Assembly (NCBI GenBank): GCA_951406725.2 | Contig: OX597830.1 | Location: 20,088,001 to 20,152,000 of the forward strand | DNA: 64,000 nucleotides | DNA from: Octopus vulgaris | Lineage: Eukaryota | Reading direction: 5' to 3' | Shown here: in pieces, positions 58,995 to 64,000 of the stretch | How positions within the stretch are numbered: position 1 is the first letter of the stretch | How the letters are laid out: every line of letters starts with the position of its first letter | The notes under the pieces: generated by a model | What the model saw: only the letters and a program-made list of their open reading frames with translations | What the model was told of the DNA's origin: nothing | Databases searched by the model: none | Translations under genes and position numbers: made by a program

Positions 58995-59766
58995 GGCATT
59001 TCGTCTGTCTTTACGTTTTGAGTTCAAATTCTGCTGAGGTCGACCTTTGCCTATTATCCTTTCGGGGTCGATAAATTAAGTACCAGTTGCGTACTGGGGT
59101 CGAGCTAATCGATTGGCACCTTCCCCCAAAAAAATTTCGGGCCTTGTACTTAGAGTAGACAAGAATTATTATTGTTGTCCTAAGGCGACGAGTGGCAGAA
59201 TCGTTAGCAGGCCAGAGAACATACTTAGCGGCATTCTGTTGTCTTTACATTCTGAGTTCAAAATTCCGTCGAGGACCACTTTGCCTTCCATTCTATCGGG
59301 GCCGATAAAAAAAGTACCAGTTGTGCACTGGGATGGATGTAAGCCAGAGAACATACTTAGCGGCATTTTGTTGTCTTTACGTTATGAGTTCAAAATTCCG
59401 TCGAGGACCACTTTGCCTTCCATTCTATCGGGGTCGATAAAAAAAGTACCAGTTGTGCACTGGGATGGATGTGCCTATGGTAAAAAGGATTCTTATTGTT
59501 GTAAGGCGGCGAACTGGCAGAATTGTTAGCGGCATTTCGTCTGTCTTTACGTTCTGAGTTCAAATTGCAAAAAGACGACTTTGCCTTTCATCTTCCCGGA
59601 GTCGATACAATAAGTACCAGTCAAGTATTGGGGTCAATGTGACCTACTTACCCTCTTCCCTTAAAACTTCAGGCCTTGTACTTATAAAAAAAAAGAATTA
59701 TCAATACTGTTGTTGCTGTCGTTGCAGCTATTGAAATTCTTCATCACAAGATTTACAATAGCAACT

Positions 59767-59831
<65 letters not shown>

Positions 59832-60290
59832 TGTTGTTGTTGTTGTTGTCGTTGTAGTTCTTTGGTTGTCATTCTTTGAAATTGTCCGGCGGCGAGCTGG
59901 CAGAAATGTTAACACGCCGGGCGAAATGCTTAGCGGTATTTCGTCTGCCGCTACGTTCTCAGTTCAAACTCCGCTGAGGTCGACTTTGCCTTTCATCCTT
60001 TCGGGGTCGATAAATTAAGTACCAGTTACGCACTGGGGTCGATATAATCGACTTAATCCGTTTGTCTTTCCTTGTTTGTCCTCTCGGTGTGTAGCCCCTT
60101 GTGGGTAGTAAAGAAATAGGTATTTCGTCTGTCTTTACGTTCTGAGTTCAAATTCCCCCGAGGTCGTCTTTGCCTTTCATCCTTTTGGGGGGTCAATAAA
60201 TTAAGTACCAGTTGCGTACTAGCGTCGATCTAATCGACTGGCCTCCCCCCCACCCAAATTTCGGGCCTTGTGCCTAGAGTAGAAAAGATT
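58995..60290 (+). mobile_element. Cluster of family M SINE copies, including a ~132 bp tandem duplication and a complete dimeric copy
   Basis: Copies at about 58995, 59181, 59502 and 59888-60290; 59211-59342 is repeated at 59343-59472. Confidence 0.88.
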
Positions 60291-60334
60291 ATTTGAAATT
60301 GCTGTTGAGATGGTCTTCAGAGATGTCATAATTG

Positions 60335-60408
60335 TAAGTAGTAGTAGTAGTAGTAGTAGCGGTACTGGTGGTAGTGGTGACGGTGGTAGTAGTAGTAGCA
60401 ACAGCAGC

Positions 60409-60450
<42 letters not shown>

Positions 60451-60682
60451 TGTTGTTGTTGTTGTTGTTGTTGTTATAATGCTGTGGTTGTTCCAGTCAT
60501 TGTAGTTACGCTTCTTGTTATCGTTAAACACGTTGCAGTTGTTTTGGCATTGTGTTTACATTGCCATTAAGGCTGTCGAAAAGCTGTGACAGGATTAATA
60601 GTTGTAGTAATAGTAGCAACAGTGGCAGTTCTACTAGTGGTTGTTGAAATTATAGTTGTTACAGTGATTCTAATCTTTATGC

Positions 60683-60733
<51 letters not shown>

Positions 60734-61057
60734 CGGTGGTAATAATCCGCGTTCTAATGATTCTTTTGCCCGTTACAACCATAGAAAATGTAATAGTAGT
60801 AGTAGTTGTATTAGTAGCAGGAGTAGTAGTTGCAATACTTTTGGTCGTTATGATCATTGTAAATGTAGTAGCAGTCACAGCAGCAGCAGCAGTAGCAGTA
60901 GTAGTAGTAGCAGCAGCACCAACACCACCAGGAGTAGTAGTAGAAGTAGTAGTAGTGGTAGTGGTGGTGGTGGTGGTGGCGGCGGTAATCTTCTTACAAT
61001 AATAATAATAATTATTATTATCATTATTATCATCATCACCATCCTCATCATCATTTC

Positions 61058-61109
<52 letters not shown>

Positions 61110-62065
61110 TGTTGGTTTTTGTTGTTGTTCTTGGTCTTGTACGACAACTGTTCTACAGAATACAAGTGGTATTCTTGGCATATGTTTATTGAATTCTGCA
61201 ATGGAAAAGCTCGGGAAATTCTCTAGATTGTTCTTTTATGATTTTTTTTTTATGACGGGAAGAGAAGGGAATGGAGGGTTGGGGGCCTTTTCTTGTACAA
61301 TTTGTTTATTTTATTTATCATTTTATTTATTGTTTTTATCCCTTTGCTTTTTACATTCATAAAAACGTTGTGAGAGAGAGAGAGAGAGAGAGAGAGATGG
61401 GTGGGGTGGGTTGGGGGTGGAATCCACCGACATAAAAATTACAAAACGAAAAAAGGCAAAAAGAATTAAAATAAATAAATTAAAAAGGAAAGGACGGCAT
61501 ATGACGGCAGGAACGAATGACTGTGGCAGTGGCGACGGCGGAGACGGCGGCAGCAATGGTGGTGGCGGTGGTGGTGGTGGTGGTGATGGTGGTGGTTGTG
61601 GTGGTGCTGTTGTTGTTGATGATGATGATGATGTTGATGATGATGATGACGACGACGATGATGATGATGATGATTATGATGACGATGGCGACGACGATGA
61701 CGACGACGATTATGTTGCTGTTATTGATGATGAAGATCGTAACGATGCTGCTGATGATGATGATGAGGTGGAGGAGGAGGAGGAATTAGAAGAGCAGAAG
61801 GAGGTCTATGATGATGAAAATGATGACGATGATGACGATGACTGTGATGATGATGGTGATGATGGTGGTGGTGGTGGTAGTGGTGGTGATAGTAGAGAAA
61901 ACGGCGATGATAGCGACGGTGATGTTAATGGTGGTGGTTGTGGTGGTAGTGGTTGTGGTAGTGCTTGGTGGTTGTGGTGGTGGTGGCGGCGGTGATGGTG
62001 GTGATGGTAGTGGTGGTGGTAGTTGTGGTGGTGGTGATGGTGGTGGTGGTGTTGATAGTGGTGGT
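60335..62065. repeat. (GTA)n/(GAT)n/(GGT)n low-complexity region
   Basis: Visible directly. Confidence 0.9.
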
Positions 62066-62335
62066 AGATACGGTAAAGGTAATGGCGAATGCTGGATTAT
62101 CCAGAATATCTTCTGGAATCTGCTACTTTTTATTTACTTTTTATTTTTACACACACACACACACACACATACACACATACACACATCTTTAGTTATTATT
62201 TTATTTCCAGTTTTTATTTCATATTGTCTTTTTTCTTAAAAAAATATTTTGAGAAGCTCATTTTTTTTTTGTTCTTCTCCTTGTGTTTGTATGTGCAGCC
62301 TTGTTATCCTTTCGTATGCTTACATTTATTTATAC

Positions 62336-62373
<38 letters not shown>

Positions 62374-63060
62374 GTGAGATATGTAGAAATTTGTTATCCT
62401 GTATATTATGGTGTCTCTTCGTATGTTTCTCATCGTATGTGGCACTTTGTAATCCTGAATATATTTGTAAATATTTATGTGTTTCTACAAAATATTTGTG
62501 TAGTTGTGTGTTTCATAAGATTGGTTGTTTGCGTATATTTATATATGTTTCTGTTTTCGAAGCGTTCCTGTGTGTCTGTCTCATATTTGTTGTTTCTTAC
62601 TTGTATGTGTAAGTTTGTCGGGTTGCATATATTTCTGTGTTTGTTATGTTTATTTTCTTCCCTGTTCCTGTTCTTCCCCCTTTTTCTCTGTGTGTATGTT
62701 TGTTTAAGTCTGTTTATGTTTGAGTCTATTTGCTGTTATATTCTTTGATTCAACAAAAACGAACGATGAAAAATCAAAACTTCCAAAAGATATGGATATT
62801 GTTATCATAAATATGGAGTCTACATGTATGCGTGTGTTAGGTATATCCGTGGTGTGTGTGTGTATGCGTGTGCTTGTTCGTAAAATATGTATATATACAT
62901 GCATGAATGTCTTTTTTTTAGCTGGAGAAATCGATATATAGAAATTTTACATGTATTTATATTTCATGAAAATAGATATAGATATGCACATACAAAATGT
63001 ATGTATATATGTATATGTGTGTGTGTGTGAATATATATATGCGTGTGTGTTATAATAATG

Positions 63061-63105
<45 letters not shown>

Positions 63106-63869
63106 AAACATGCAAATATACATATATATATATATATGTACATATATATGCATACCTTATATGTGTGTGTGTGTATACATACATACATGCATATATATAT
63201 ACATATATATATACACCAAGACATTTGCATAAGAATGCATGGCGTTGTTTATGTATGCATGCAGATGCTCTTGAACAAACACGCATGCATTCTTACCTGC
63301 ACGCACACGCACACGCACACACACACATGCATAAATATAAATATATATATATGTACACACACACATAAATATATATACACACACATATACAAACGCGCAC
63401 ACACACACACCTATATATATGCATATATGCATACACACATGTAAAACAGAATATATATGCATTTTATGCAGAGTGACATAACCAATGAAACTTTTATGCA
63501 CCTGTATAGCAAAATTATATTTATAAAGTATTTTGAAAAAAAATTACAGTTTTACCATTTCTGTAACATAAAAACGTTAAAACTTGAAACAAATACGAAA
63601 AGAAAAAAAAAAGAAGAAAGAGAGAAGTAATCAATGGAAGACACACAGACAAATGATCGAATGGTAAAACCGGAATAAATCAAAAGTGTTCCATTCTGGT
63701 GTGATCCGATTTTCCATCATGATATTACAATATTATTGATTTAATGAGACGGTGAGGGCGAGACGGCAGAAGCTGTAGATGATCCTCAGAGTGTCAAATC
63801 TTGTCACATAGTGTTACATGTTCGTCTTGTCATTACACGCACACGTACACACACACACACACATTTTAG

Positions 63870-63961
63870 CGTAGTTGTGTGATAAGAAGCTTGCTTACTA
63901 ACCACATGGTTCCGGGTTCGGTCCCACTGCGTGGCACTTTGGTTAAGTCTCTTCTACTATA
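63870..63961 (+). mobile_element. SINE family K head fragment
   Basis: aagaagcttgcttactaaccacatggttccgggttcggtcccactgcgtggcac. Confidence 0.85.
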
Positions 63962-64000
63962 CTGAGTACTAAATCCAAAAAGAAGCAAGAGATCCGGCTC

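Noticed and set aside
61411-61995. 194 aa Asp/Gly-rich ORF
   Set aside because: Built from (GAT)n and (GGT)n repeats typical of the whole window.

Overview
Eukaryotic, AT-rich, microsatellite-saturated non-coding DNA. It is most consistent with an Octopus (cephalopod) intergenic or intronic region, judged from the very dense (TA)n/(ATT)n/(TATG)n/(CAC)n tracts and from tRNA-derived SINE families resembling known octopus SINEs. No host protein-coding gene is supported; nearly all ORFs in the track are translations of simple repeats. Recognisable content: four tRNA-derived SINE families (dozens of copies), two decayed mariner transposons, a decayed Penelope-like retroelement (PLE; RT and GIY-YIG remnants), and RTE-like non-autonomous pieces. 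The most notable signal is about a dozen type I hammerhead-ribozyme (HHR) motifs from roughly ten small non-coding element families, mostly embedded in (TA)n and often in PLE-style inverted arrangements. One family joins a tRNA/Pol III head to a PLE-type hammerhead tail. All folds and alignments were done by eye, repeat boundaries are approximate, and the family labels (M, K, C, R) are mine.
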